DNA from: Eubacteriales bacterium
GTDB lineage: Bacteria > Bacillota > Clostridia > Oscillospirales > CAG-272
Reading direction: 5' to 3'
Length of the DNA: 44,444 nucleotides
Assembly (NCBI GenBank): GCA_045653255.1
Contig: JAZOLR010000170.1
Location: 1 to 44,444, forward strand
The notes under the pieces are model-generated. The model did no database searches. It was not told the DNA's origin and saw only the letters and a list, made by a program, of their open reading frames with translations. The position numbers and the translations under genes were made by a program. Below, one piece after another: positions 9,698-18,480 of this stretch; the stretch's first letter is position 1, and every line of letters starts with the position of its first letter.

Positions 9698-11338
9698 TTA
9701 CAGATATTTGCGCTTGGTCGTTACTACAACGCAAAGCGCGGGGATCAACACCGCAGGAACGAGCAATACAAGTACGGTAAGCACCGTCGCATCTTTTGCC
9801 GTCATTGCCGCGTATGTTTTTACTACTTCTTTGTTTTCGTATATCTCACGCTCTGTGTCGGACATAGCATCCGAGTCGAGTATCTTTCCGCCGTAGTTTG
9901 CCGTATTCATTGTGAGTGCGCCGAGTGAGTCTGCGGCGTAAACGTCGGTACGCGAGATAGTACGCACGATAGCAAACATTATATCATAGTTTGCGTAAGT
10001 ACCGTTTGAGAGATACTTGGAATTTGTGAAATTCGTCGATGCGGCGGCAAACATATACGAGTAGTAGGAAGAAACCTCCTTCGTATGAACTCTCGCCGTC
10101 ACCGATGCAAGATGGTATGCGCCGTCTCTGTTCGTGAGAAGTCCTTCTTCGTTATAAGCAGATGAATCGTCTGACGAAAGAAGTACGCCCGAATACATTG
10201 TAGTACGGCTTCTCGAATTGAACTTTTCGTCCGAGTCCCAAGTTCTCGTTATATATCCCGAATTCTCAACAATAGTCTTCGGTGTGCCCGAAAGGTCTAT
10301 TATATCGCTGTAAAGTGAGTAGCCTATCGGGTTTTCCGTACTGTTTGCATACTTTGTAACAAGTGTGCTTCTCGTCGCTTCGGCGTCCTCGCCCTCAAGC
10401 ATATTGAGGCGGTCTTTTACCTCTGCGTGATTTATCTTCATACCCCACTCCGTGAGATATTCTTCAAGTTCGGGAAGTACCACAAACGGATCTGTGAACA
10501 CCATAACCGAACCGAAATCGTCGAGGTATCTGTCTATTTTCTCCATAGGAGAAGTATAGTTGACGAACATATTTCCGTCAGCGCGAGAGGTGTAATCCTC
10601 TGTCGGACCGTTCATTATAAGCAAAACGCAGTCTTCGGGGATTTCGTCTGTGTCAAGATTTATGGTCTTCACCGTGAGTCCGCTATCGCGAAGCAAACGG
10701 TAGAACTCGAAGTTGTCTTCGTTGCCCTCTGCATCGGGATTTTCCCAATTATAAACTTGTTCGCCGTGACCTACTGTGAAGTATGCGGCGTATTCGTCTT
10801 TCGATGCAACCGAAAGCATAGCGGTCGCCATCTTGTATTCACCGTTGAACGCCCAGTAATTTGCGCCCGTACTGTCGTAACTCCAGAAGGAAGCCGCGCT
10901 CATAATTCTGAAGCGGTCGCCTGAACTTACTATCACGTCGGTTGCGCTTATCTTTGTTGCCGAGGTGGTCTTATATTTCTGCACCGCCGTCGGATTCTTG
11001 TCAATGTTTACCGTCTCGACCGTGACGTTTGGAAGGAACTTTTCTATCTCTTTCGCCATTATATACACGTAACGCGAGTCGTGGCTTGAAAGGAGATAGT
11101 CAGGGTCGGTACAAAAGGTGATTTTAATATCGCCCTTTATATCCTTTATCTCGTCCTTCATTTCGTCGGAAAGAGTATAAAGCCCCTCTGTCGTCAGGTC
11201 TATATAGGTATTTTTTTCAATTGTGAGAGCGTATAATGCCACGTTGCCGACAATCGCAACGGCAATTATTGCTATCGCCAAAACAAGCGAGATTACGCTA
11301 TGTCTTGTCCTTTTGCTCCCCTTTTGAGTTATCTTCAT
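9698..11338 (-). CDS. GldG-like ABC-transport auxiliary protein (copy 2)
   Basis: N-terminal and C-terminal TM anchors enclose a large external domain. It parallels the neighbouring copy (KITFCTDPD.. versus KIIFCMEED..). RBS AAAGGAAAT. Confidence 0.55.
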   Translation of the reverse strand: MKITQKGSKRTRHSVISLVLAIAIIAVAIVGNVALYALTIEKNTYIDLTTEGLYTLSDEMKDEIKDIKGDIKITFCTDPDYLLSSHDSRYVYIMAKEIEKFLPNVTVETVNIDKNPTAVQKYKTTSATKISATDVIVSSGDRFRIMSAASFWSYDSTGANYWAFNGEYKMATAMLSVASKDEYAAYFTVGHGEQVYNWENPDAEGNEDNFEFYRLLRDSGLTVKTINLDTDEIPEDCVLLIMNGPTEDYTSRADGNMFVNYTSPMEKIDRYLDDFGSVMVFTDPFVVLPELEEYLTEWGMKINHAEVKDRLNMLEGEDAEATRSTLVTKYANSTENPIGYSLYSDIIDLSGTPKTIVENSGYITRTWDSDEKFNSRSRTTMYSGVLLSSDDSSAYNEEGLLTNRDGAYHLASVTARVHTKEVSSYYSYMFAAASTNFTNSKYLSNGTYANYDIMFAIVRTISRTDVYAADSLGALTMNTANYGGKILDSDAMSDTEREIYENKEVVKTYAAMTAKDATVLTVLVLLVPAVLIPALCVVVTTKRKYL

Positions 11339-11369
11339 TTATATTTCCTTTCGATTTGCCCGTGGGCTT

Positions 11370-12830
11370 TTATCTGTTTCTTCTTCTGACGAGGTATACT
11401 GTGCCGAGTGCCGCAACCAAGAGCGGTACTACACCGACAAGTACTACTGCGTATATTCTTGACGCGCCTGTCGTAAGACCTTCAAGCATACTGCTCGATA
11501 TGGGAAGTACGTCAGAGCCGATAAGCGCATACTCTGCGCCGGAGTGGTCAAGAAGTGCGAAAATGAGTTCGCGGTTTGAATATACTTTCGAGTTAAGCAC
11601 GTCGTTTGCAAGCAAGTACGCACCCGAAGAAAGTATCACTCTACCCTCGCTGCCGTTTGCCTTTTCCGCCATCGCAAGCAAAGTGAAGTTTCCGCCGTCC
11701 GCGTAAAGTTCACCGCCGTAGTAGGACTTCGCACTCGGATAGGATTTGAGTATCGCTTCCGTCTTTATTCCCTCTTTTTCGGTAAGGTTAATGGGAGACG
11801 CGTCGCGAAGAATGGTCTGTGACTGATTATAGGTATAAACCTCATCGCCTATCTTTTTGCCAAGTTCGCCGTCGGCATAAGAAGCAACGAGAGTGTAACC
11901 GTCATAGGTTATTGAGTTTTCCGTATCCGTGATTATAGAGGGGTTTGTGTCCATTCCCCACTCGGAAAGGAATGCGCGGAGTTGCGTTAGAGGAGACTTT
12001 ATATACGGGTCAATGGTAACGAAAAGCGTACCGCCGCGAGAGAGAAATTCTGAAAGCCTTTCCGCTTCGGAAATAATTCCCGAATCCGCAGAAGCGCGTT
12101 CAATATCGTATATCGGGTTTGATATAACTATCATAGCCGCATCGTCTCTTATCTCGTCTACTGCAAGGTCAAGAGAGTGCACGTTGTAGCCGCAAGCGGT
12201 GAGAATGTTGTAAAATCCGAGAAGTCCCGCGAAGTTTTCACCGTGAGTTGAGGTGAAATACACTATCGGGTGTTCTTCTGTCTGCACCCACTTGATACAA
12301 GCAAGCATATATTCTTCGCCGTTATAGGAGTTTATATATCCTTGTCCGTCAAGCACGAAAAACGAGGAAAGCGTATCAACGCGGTACTCGTCTCCGCATA
12401 CGAAGATGACCGACGTAGTGTTTATCGTGTTTCTCACTTCCGTTCCGTCTTCAAGCGTTGTGTACTTGTAGGGCGAAACCTTTGAGGGTTGTAAATAAAT
12501 ATTTACAGTCTCAAGAGTGATGAAGTCATATTTTTCTTCAAGTTGGCAGGCGGTCTGCCAAACGAGGTCATAGACTATATCCGATGAAAGTTCGTCTTCT
12601 TCCATACAGAAGATTATCTTGACGTCTTTTTGCTCTTTGTCCGCGAAAGCATTCTCCGAGGCTATACCTATCTCGTGGGTATAACTTTCTGCCTCGTAGA
12701 GATACCACTCATACTTTTCGGACAGAGCGTATACTATTACGTTCAGTATGGCGACTGCGACTATAAACACCGCAATGAGTGCGGCATTGAGCCGAGTGTA
12801 CTCGCCTCTGACACCAATGTTTTTCTTCAT
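11370..12830 (-). CDS. GldG-like ABC-transport auxiliary protein (copy 1)
   Basis: Same topology as copy 2 and immediately downstream of the ABC-2 permease. RBS AAGAGGTG. Confidence 0.6.
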   Translation of the reverse strand: MKKNIGVRGEYTRLNAALIAVFIVAVAILNVIVYALSEKYEWYLYEAESYTHEIGIASENAFADKEQKDVKIIFCMEEDELSSDIVYDLVWQTACQLEEKYDFITLETVNIYLQPSKVSPYKYTTLEDGTEVRNTINTTSVIFVCGDEYRVDTLSSFFVLDGQGYINSYNGEEYMLACIKWVQTEEHPIVYFTSTHGENFAGLLGFYNILTACGYNVHSLDLAVDEIRDDAAMIVISNPIYDIERASADSGIISEAERLSEFLSRGGTLFVTIDPYIKSPLTQLRAFLSEWGMDTNPSIITDTENSITYDGYTLVASYADGELGKKIGDEVYTYNQSQTILRDASPINLTEKEGIKTEAILKSYPSAKSYYGGELYADGGNFTLLAMAEKANGSEGRVILSSGAYLLANDVLNSKVYSNRELIFALLDHSGAEYALIGSDVLPISSSMLEGLTTGASRIYAVVLVGVVPLLVAALGTVYLVRRRNR

Positions 12831-12841
12831 TTGTGCACCTC

Positions 12842-13546
12842 TTAACTATAACGGCGTTTGTCGTATACGCGCATGGTAAGGAACAAGAATACTACCGTTA
12901 CCGAGAGGTAATATATAAGTGCGGAAATGTCAAGCACGCCCTGCGTGAAATTCTGGAAGCGGGCAAATACCGACACGCTGCGGAGTATAAGTCTTATAAA
13001 GTAAACGGGAATAAAAGAATTGAGCATACCTACAACGAGGAAAGCAAGCAAAAGACCGATAGTGCCGACAGCAGATGCAAGTTGGTTTTCGGTAAGTGCG
13101 GAAACGAATACGCCCACCGCGATAAACGCCATACCGACAAGCAAAGCGGCAAGGAGATTTCCGAGCACTATTGCAGTTTTAACTTCTGCGTAGTTGTAGA
13201 GGAAGATGAAAGGAATAGACGACACGAGCATACTTCCCGCAAAAACCGTATATGCAGCGCAGAATTTCGCCGATACCATCGCAAAGATTGAAACGGGCGC
13301 GGTAAGAAGCAACTGCTCTGTGCGTTGTTTTCTTTCTTCGCTGAAAAGTCTCATCGTAAGCAAAGGAAGAAGCACGACGAAAAGGAAAATCATATAAGTA
13401 AAGTAGGGCGTCAAGTCTGCCGAGAGCGAGAAAAGTGTCGTGTAGCAGAAAAGCGCACCGCTTATCGCGAGGAATACCGCGATAAAAATATAACCTATAG
13501 GGCTTGTGAAATATGCCCTTAATTCTCTTTTGTATATTGAAAGCAT
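12842..13546 (-). CDS. ABC-2 type transporter permease (GldF-like)
   Basis: The 234-aa product has six predicted TM segments and lies directly after the ATPase. RBS AAGGGGAAAG. Confidence 0.75.
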   Translation of the reverse strand: MLSIYKRELRAYFTSPIGYIFIAVFLAISGALFCYTTLFSLSADLTPYFTYMIFLFVVLLPLLTMRLFSEERKQRTEQLLLTAPVSIFAMVSAKFCAAYTVFAGSMLVSSIPFIFLYNYAEVKTAIVLGNLLAALLVGMAFIAVGVFVSALTENQLASAVGTIGLLLAFLVVGMLNSFIPVYFIRLILRSVSVFARFQNFTQGVLDISALIYYLSVTVVFLFLTMRVYDKRRYS

Positions 13547-13558
13547 CTGTCTTTCCCC

Positions 13559-14512
13559 TTATCTCTTGTTTTTCTGTTTTGCATCGCGGTCAATCAAGCG
13601 AATGAAGATGTCTTCGAGTTCTTCGCCGAGAGGTGCCATTTCAAGTATCGGCATATTCGCGTCCGCGCATATACGGAAGATAGCGCGGCGAATATCAATG
13701 CCTCTTTCGCTTTCTACGATGTAAGAATAAGCATCGCCGTCACGCTCGCCGAGCGCCTCGACGGAAGAAATACCTGCCTTGCCCGAAAGTGCGGGGACAA
13801 CCTTTTCTTTCTCGGCGCAAATCTTGACTTTCAAGCGTCTTTCGTCTTCAAGTGTGCGCGTGATGTCGCTTGTCAACTCGTTTGCGATTATCTTACCCTT
13901 GTCTATAATGATAATTCTCTCGCACACTGCCTGAACTTCGGACAAAATGTGGGTGGAAAGAATTACGGTATGCTTTTTACCGAGAAGACGGAGAAGGTTT
14001 CTTATCTCGATTATCTGCTTCGGGTCAAGACCTACTGTAGGCTCGTCGAAGATGATAACGGGAGGATTGCCGATAATAGCCTGCGCTATACCTACTCTCT
14101 GGCGATAACCCTTTGAAAGATTTCTTATAAGTCTGTGAGAAACGTCGGTGAGTTTTACAACCTCGCATACCTCTGCAAGATGCGCCTTTCTGTCAAGGGT
14201 ACATTTCTTGAGTTCATAAACGAAGTTGAGGTATTCCATTACCGTCATATCCTGATAAAGCGGAGGTTGCTCGGGCAAATAGCCGATATACTTCTTCGCT
14301 TCAACGGGGTTTTCGAGTATGTCTATACCGTTTATCTTCGCTACACCGCTCGTTGCGGAAAGATAACCCGTAAGAATATTCATAGTCGTACTCTTTCCCC
14401 CGCCGTTAGGGCCGAGAAGTCCGACAATCTCGCCTTCCTTGATTTCAAGTGATATATCGTCAAGGGCATAATTAGAGCCGTAACGCTTCACCAGATTTTG
14501 TATACTTATCAT
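13559..14512 (-). CDS. ABC transporter ATP-binding protein
   Basis: Walker A GPNGGGKST, signature LSKGYRQR and Walker B VIIFDEPTVGLD. Confidence 0.9.
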   Translation of the reverse strand: MISIQNLVKRYGSNYALDDISLEIKEGEIVGLLGPNGGGKSTTMNILTGYLSATSGVAKINGIDILENPVEAKKYIGYLPEQPPLYQDMTVMEYLNFVYELKKCTLDRKAHLAEVCEVVKLTDVSHRLIRNLSKGYRQRVGIAQAIIGNPPVIIFDEPTVGLDPKQIIEIRNLLRLLGKKHTVILSTHILSEVQAVCERIIIIDKGKIIANELTSDITRTLEDERRLKVKICAEKEKVVPALSGKAGISSVEALGERDGDAYSYIVESERGIDIRRAIFRICADANMPILEMAPLGEELEDIFIRLIDRDAKQKNKR

Positions 14513-14665
14513 AAAAATTCCCGCCGCTTTCGCGGCTTCCTTTCTTTTATATCCGTTTTTTATTTTTTGCGGGGAATACTATACTTCGTCTAAATTTTCA
14601 TTTTATGAGTTAGTCTACCACGCCTATGTGAATTTCGTGTGAATATGAAGTGACAGAGAAAAAAG

Positions 14666-15259
14666 TTAGTTTACGCTTTCTTCCTTGTCCTCCTCAAGAA
14701 GCGCAAGATAGAAATGCGCGTGAGACGTACTCATATAAGCGCTGAGCCACAAAGAACCAATGCCAAAGGTGAACAAGCAAACGATTGCCCAACCGATGAA
14801 ACTGAGGTCAAGCAAAAAGAGTTTGAATTTCTTTCCGTGCATAAGTCTTCTGCTCTCGGTAATGCACTGCGAGGGAGTATATTCGGGGTGGTCTTTCATT
14901 ACGTAGTACGACATAGAGTAACTGTATGCCTTGATAATACCCGGGATAATGAAAAGAAGTGTCCAAAGGAACGTGTAAATATACTGCAAAAGTCCGAGAA
15001 TGAGAGTGTCGGAAAATCTCTTGAATCCCGTGAACATCTCTGCCAATTCTATATCCTTGCCTCTTACGCGGTCAAGAAACACACCTGCGTAGCCGTACGT
15101 AAAGCAACCTAAAAAGATAATGCCGACGGAGATGCCGCTCAACACGCCCGAGATAAGCGAGTACACAAGCACCGCAACAACAGCCATAAGCCAAGCCTGA
15201 CTGAAAATACCGTTACCAAGACTCTCTCTTGCATTTTTTCTTATTTGACAATTAGACAT
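14666..15259 (-). CDS. DUF975 family membrane protein
   Basis: Start moved to the ATG at 15259 (MSNCQIRKNARESL...), preceded by GGAGGTTTTAT. The characteristic DUF975 N-terminus and multi-TM body are present. Confidence 0.7.
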   Translation of the reverse strand: MSNCQIRKNARESLGNGIFSQAWLMAVVAVLVYSLISGVLSGISVGIIFLGCFTYGYAGVFLDRVRGKDIELAEMFTGFKRFSDTLILGLLQYIYTFLWTLLFIIPGIIKAYSYSMSYYVMKDHPEYTPSQCITESRRLMHGKKFKLFLLDLSFIGWAIVCLFTFGIGSLWLSAYMSTSHAHFYLALLEEDKEESVN

Positions 15260-15298
15260 ATAAAACCTCCGTTGCAAACTGCATTTATTTGTAAACTT

Positions 15299-15862
15299 TT
15301 ATTTACTTGCTGTGATTGTGACAGAATCTTCGCCGTCTATTTCCGACACGCTGACGCATACTCTTTCGCTATGCGAGGTGGGAATATTTTTGCCTACGAA
15401 GTCAGGGCGAATAGGAAGTTCGCGAAGTCCGCGGTCGATAAGCACCGCAAGTTGTACCGCGCGCGGTCTGCCGTGAGAGAATACGCTCTCAATTGCGGCG
15501 CGCACCGTTCTTCCCGTGAATATTACGTCGTCGACAAGCACTACCGTCGCGCCGTCAACCGATGCGGAAATTTCATCTCGCGTTATAACGGGGCCATCGC
15601 CGTTTTTGTGCAGGTCGTCACGGAAGAAAGAAATGTCAAGACCTTCAACCGAAAGTGTAACGCCCTCTATCTCGCGTATGCGCTCGGCTATTCTGCAGGC
15701 TATGGGATAGCCGCGTTTTCTCACGCCGATGAGGAGTATACCTTCCGCGCCCTTGTTTTTTTCAATTATTTCGTGGGATATTCTGGTTATCGCTCTGCTC
15801 ATCGCTTGAGCATCCATTATCTGCGCTTTTTTCACAAAGCCGCCGTTTTTTAGGTTTTCCAA
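15299..15862 (-). CDS. pyrR: bifunctional pyrimidine regulatory protein / uracil phosphoribosyltransferase
   Basis: AQIMDAQAMSRAITRISHEIIEKNKG aligns to the PyrR N-terminus. PRPP loop VVLVDDVIFTGRT is present. The start is uncertain: TTG at 15862 with GGGGTG upstream, or GTG at 15835. Confidence 0.85.
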   Translation of the reverse strand: MENLKNGGFVKKAQIMDAQAMSRAITRISHEIIEKNKGAEGILLIGVRKRGYPIACRIAERIREIEGVTLSVEGLDISFFRDDLHKNGDGPVITRDEISASVDGATVVLVDDVIFTGRTVRAAIESVFSHGRPRAVQLAVLIDRGLRELPIRPDFVGKNIPTSHSERVCVSVSEIDGEDSVTITASK

Positions 15863-16000
15863 ATCCGCACCCCATTTGTCGCCGTTTTCACGGAATTTTT
15901 TATATAATATATAAATTATAATTAGAAGATAAAATTATGCTACCTTACATTATACAATAACAAATCAAAAAAATCAATAGATATAACCGTATTTTTGCGC

Positions 16001-16029
16001 GTATATACCGAGTTTTTGCGGACAAAATA
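16001..16029 (+). promoter_or_regulatory. possible forespore (sigma-G/F-like) promoter of the spoVA genes
   Basis: GTATA-17 nt-CAAAATA lies 19 nt upstream of the spoVAC start and resembles the GHATR-N17/18-CATxxTA consensus. Weak evidence. Confidence 0.3.
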
Positions 16030-16047
16030 AAGAAAAAGAGGTGCATT

Positions 16048-16491
16048 ATGTACAAAGACAAAAATTTTTACAAAAACTACACTCAAAAAAGGGCGCAAAA
16101 GTCGCCTGTCGGGAAAAATTGTCTCTTTGCGTTTTTGTCGGGCGGTTTCATCTGCTCGGCAGGGGAAGTCTTATACCAAATCTTTGGAATCTTGGGTATA
16201 AACTCGGAAAACTCGTCGATACTCGTCACAACAACACTTATTTTTCTTTCCGCGCTTTTGACGGGGCTTGGCGTTTTTGACCGCATTGCGAGGTTTTCCG
16301 GTGCGGGCACGCTTGTGCCGGTTACGGGGTTTGCAAACTCGGTTGTCTCCCCTGCGATAGACACGAAAAGCGAGGGGCTTATTCTCGGTGTCGGCGCGAA
16401 AATTTTCACGGTTGCAGGGCCTGTACTTCTCTACGCAACGCTTTCGGGAGTGTTGTACGGAATTATCTACTGGGTAAGTACTTTACTGTGA
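16048..16491 (+). CDS. spoVAC: stage V sporulation protein AC
   Basis: FLSGGFICSAGEV... and GAGTLVPVTGFANSV motifs. Followed by spoVAD and spoVAE. Confidence 0.85.
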   Translation: MYKDKNFYKNYTQKRAQKSPVGKNCLFAFLSGGFICSAGEVLYQIFGILGINSENSSILVTTTLIFLSALLTGLGVFDRIARFSGAGTLVPVTGFANSVVSPAIDTKSEGLILGVGAKIFTVAGPVLLYATLSGVLYGIIYWVSTLL

Positions 16492-16497
16492 GGGTTT

Positions 16498-17604
16498 ATG
16501 CAGAGAATTATAAAACTTGACAACGCAAAAATAGTTATTGAATACACTTCCTCTGCCGTCGGTCACGAGGAATTTTTCGGGCCGCTTGGCGACCTTTTCG
16601 ACTTCCACGACGAAAGCGACCGCTTCGGTGCACGCACGTGGGAGTTAGCCGAGAGCGAACTCGGCAGAATAACGCTCAATTTAGCCTTGAAAAAAGCGGG
16701 GCTTCGTCCGTCTGACGTCGGAATAATATTCGCAGGCGACCTGCAAAATCAATGTGTCGCGACCTCGCAAGGTCTTGCATCTTTCGGCATTCCTTATATG
16801 GGTCTTTACGGTGCTTGTTCCACTTGCGGCGAGGGACTTTTATCTTCGTCGGTGTTTTTGAATTCCTCGCCTGCAGTTGAGCGCGCCGCAGTAGTAACTT
16901 CATCTCACAACTGTGCGGCGGAAAGGCAATTCCGCACACCGATAGAATACGGCGGACAACGTACACCGACGGCACAGTGGACGGCGACGGCGGCAGGCGC
17001 GTTCATTCTTCGCAGAATGGAAACAAACGAAAAAGAAATCTCCGCCATACCAGACGAAAATTTCAGCAAAACCAACCTCTCTGCTATAAAAAACGCAAAG
17101 AAACCAAGCGAAACTCACACCGTCTATATTGACGAAGTAATGGTCGGCAAAATAGTCGACGGCGGTGTGACGGATGCGGGGAATATGGGCGCGGCAATGG
17201 CACCTGCGGCGGCAGACAGTATCGAAACCTACCTCAAAGAAAGCGCACGCACGCCCGAAGATTTTGACGCTATCATAACGGGCGACCTCGGGCGCGAGGG
17301 CTCGGAAATTCTATGTGAACTTCTTCTGTCCGTCGGGATAAATATAAAGAAAAAGCACCTCGACTGCGGTATGCTTATGTACGATTTTAAACGGCAAGAC
17401 GTCCATAGCGGCGCAAGCGGTTGCGGTTGCTCTGCCTCGGTTATGGCATCTCACTTTATCCCCGAAATGAAAAAAGGAAAATATAAAAACGTTATGTTTT
17501 TGGCTACCGGCGCACTTATGAGTCCGAGCAGCATCCAACAAGGCGGCAGTATAGCAGGCATCGCCCCCGTTGTCGTTTTGCGGAGCGATTTTAGCGGACG
17601 GTAA
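16498..17604 (+). CDS. spoVAD: stage V sporulation protein AD
   Basis: Thiolase-like SpoVAD sequence (YGACSTCGEGL, SSHNCAAERQFR, GCGCSA). Contains an extra low-complexity segment of about 30 aa. Confidence 0.85.
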   Translation: MQRIIKLDNAKIVIEYTSSAVGHEEFFGPLGDLFDFHDESDRFGARTWELAESELGRITLNLALKKAGLRPSDVGIIFAGDLQNQCVATSQGLASFGIPYMGLYGACSTCGEGLLSSSVFLNSSPAVERAAVVTSSHNCAAERQFRTPIEYGGQRTPTAQWTATAAGAFILRRMETNEKEISAIPDENFSKTNLSAIKNAKKPSETHTVYIDEVMVGKIVDGGVTDAGNMGAAMAPAAADSIETYLKESARTPEDFDAIITGDLGREGSEILCELLLSVGINIKKKHLDCGMLMYDFKRQDVHSGASGCGCSASVMASHFIPEMKKGKYKNVMFLATGALMSPSSIQQGGSIAGIAPVVVLRSDFSGR

Positions 17605-17690
17605 GCAAAGGAAAGCGAGCAGTGAGCGGCAAAAAGCAGACAAACTGCTCTAACAACTAACCGCTAATCACTAACCCGAAAGGAGAAAAT

Positions 17691-18128
17691 ATGGACTACT
17701 TGATGATACTTAAAGCATTTTTGGTCGGCGGTGGGTTTTGCGTTATCGCGCAATTGCTCATTGACCTCTCGCGGCTTACACCTGCGAGAATACTCGTTAT
17801 CTACGTTTGCGCGGGTGTTTTTCTCGGCGGTGTCGGACTTTTCGCACCTCTTCGCGAATTCGCAGGGTGCGGTGCAACCGTGCCGCTTGTAGGCTTCGGC
17901 GGTAACGTCGCGCGCGGAGTACGCGAGGCGGTAAACGAAAACGGTCTTATCGGTGCGCTCACGGGCGGTCTTTCTGCCGCCGCAGGCGGTACAACTGCCG
18001 CTTTGTGCTTCGGCTATCTCGCCGCAATATGTTTCAAAGGCAAACCGAAAACGATGCAAAAACGCTGCAAAAATAACCCCCAATACAAAAAACTGCCCGA
18101 AAGCGAAGCAGTAAAACCGAAACGATAA
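17691..18128 (+). CDS. spoVAE: stage V sporulation protein AE (AEb type) with a basic C-terminal tail
   Basis: LVGGGFCVIAQLLID and GATVPLVGFG motifs. An extra Lys/Pro-rich tail of about 30 aa follows. Confidence 0.8.
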   Translation: MDYLMILKAFLVGGGFCVIAQLLIDLSRLTPARILVIYVCAGVFLGGVGLFAPLREFAGCGATVPLVGFGGNVARGVREAVNENGLIGALTGGLSAAAGGTTAALCFGYLAAICFKGKPKTMQKRCKNNPQYKKLPESEAVKPKR

Positions 18129-18183
18129 CCGCAACAAAACTAAAAAACGCAACGAAACCTCAATCCCACCACCAACGCCCCAA

Positions 18184-18238
18184 CGCGCCTCAACGCACCC
18201 CAAGCGCAACCGCACCCCAAGCGCAACCGCGCCTCAAC
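18184..18238 (+). repeat. tandem and flanking direct repeats inside a C/A-rich, G/T-poor tract (18129-18245)
   Basis: CGCACCCCAAGCGCAAC occurs twice in perfect tandem (18194-18210 and 18211-18227). It is bracketed by CGCGCCTCAAC at 18184-18194 and 18228-18238. Confidence 0.8.
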
Positions 18239-18383
18239 AACGAATAAATCCCCCCGTAAAACAGGAGTGGTATGTTATAATACGAAGTGCGACACCTATT
18301 CCCTAAAAATACCTTATTCATTTTCTATGTATAGGCATAGCCTATATTGAAGCACGCCACTATGGCGGAGGTTTCGTCTTACA

Positions 18384-18423
18384 AAAAAACTATCCGATTT
18401 CTCTCGAAATCGGATAGTTTTGT
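18384..18423. terminator. bidirectional intrinsic terminator between spoVAE and birA
   Basis: AACTATCCGATTT / AAATCGGATAGTT is a 13-bp stem. A T-rich run follows on the + strand and a TTTTTTT run on the - strand. Confidence 0.75.
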
Positions 18424-18480
18424 GTTGTTTTTGCAAATATTAGTTTACAAAACTCTTGTTTTTCGTTATTTTTCTGTCTC

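Noticed and set aside
15863-15960. I looked for a PyrR-binding attenuator upstream of pyrR.
   Set aside because: No sequence resembles the conserved PyrR binding loop (ARUCCAGAGAGGYU-like), and no terminator/antiterminator pair is visible. The region is AT-rich promoter DNA shared with spoVAC.
16990-17120. The extra segment of about 30 aa in SpoVAD, and the basic tail of SpoVAE (18040-18128), might be notable.
   Set aside because: Both are low-complexity linker-like sequence in otherwise canonical proteins. This is probably lineage-specific variation and not evidence of new function.
18129-18245. The minus strand might form a G-quadruplex, given four GGGG runs.
   Set aside because: The loops between G-runs are 13-17 nt, which is long for stable intramolecular G4. 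I report the compositional skew itself instead.
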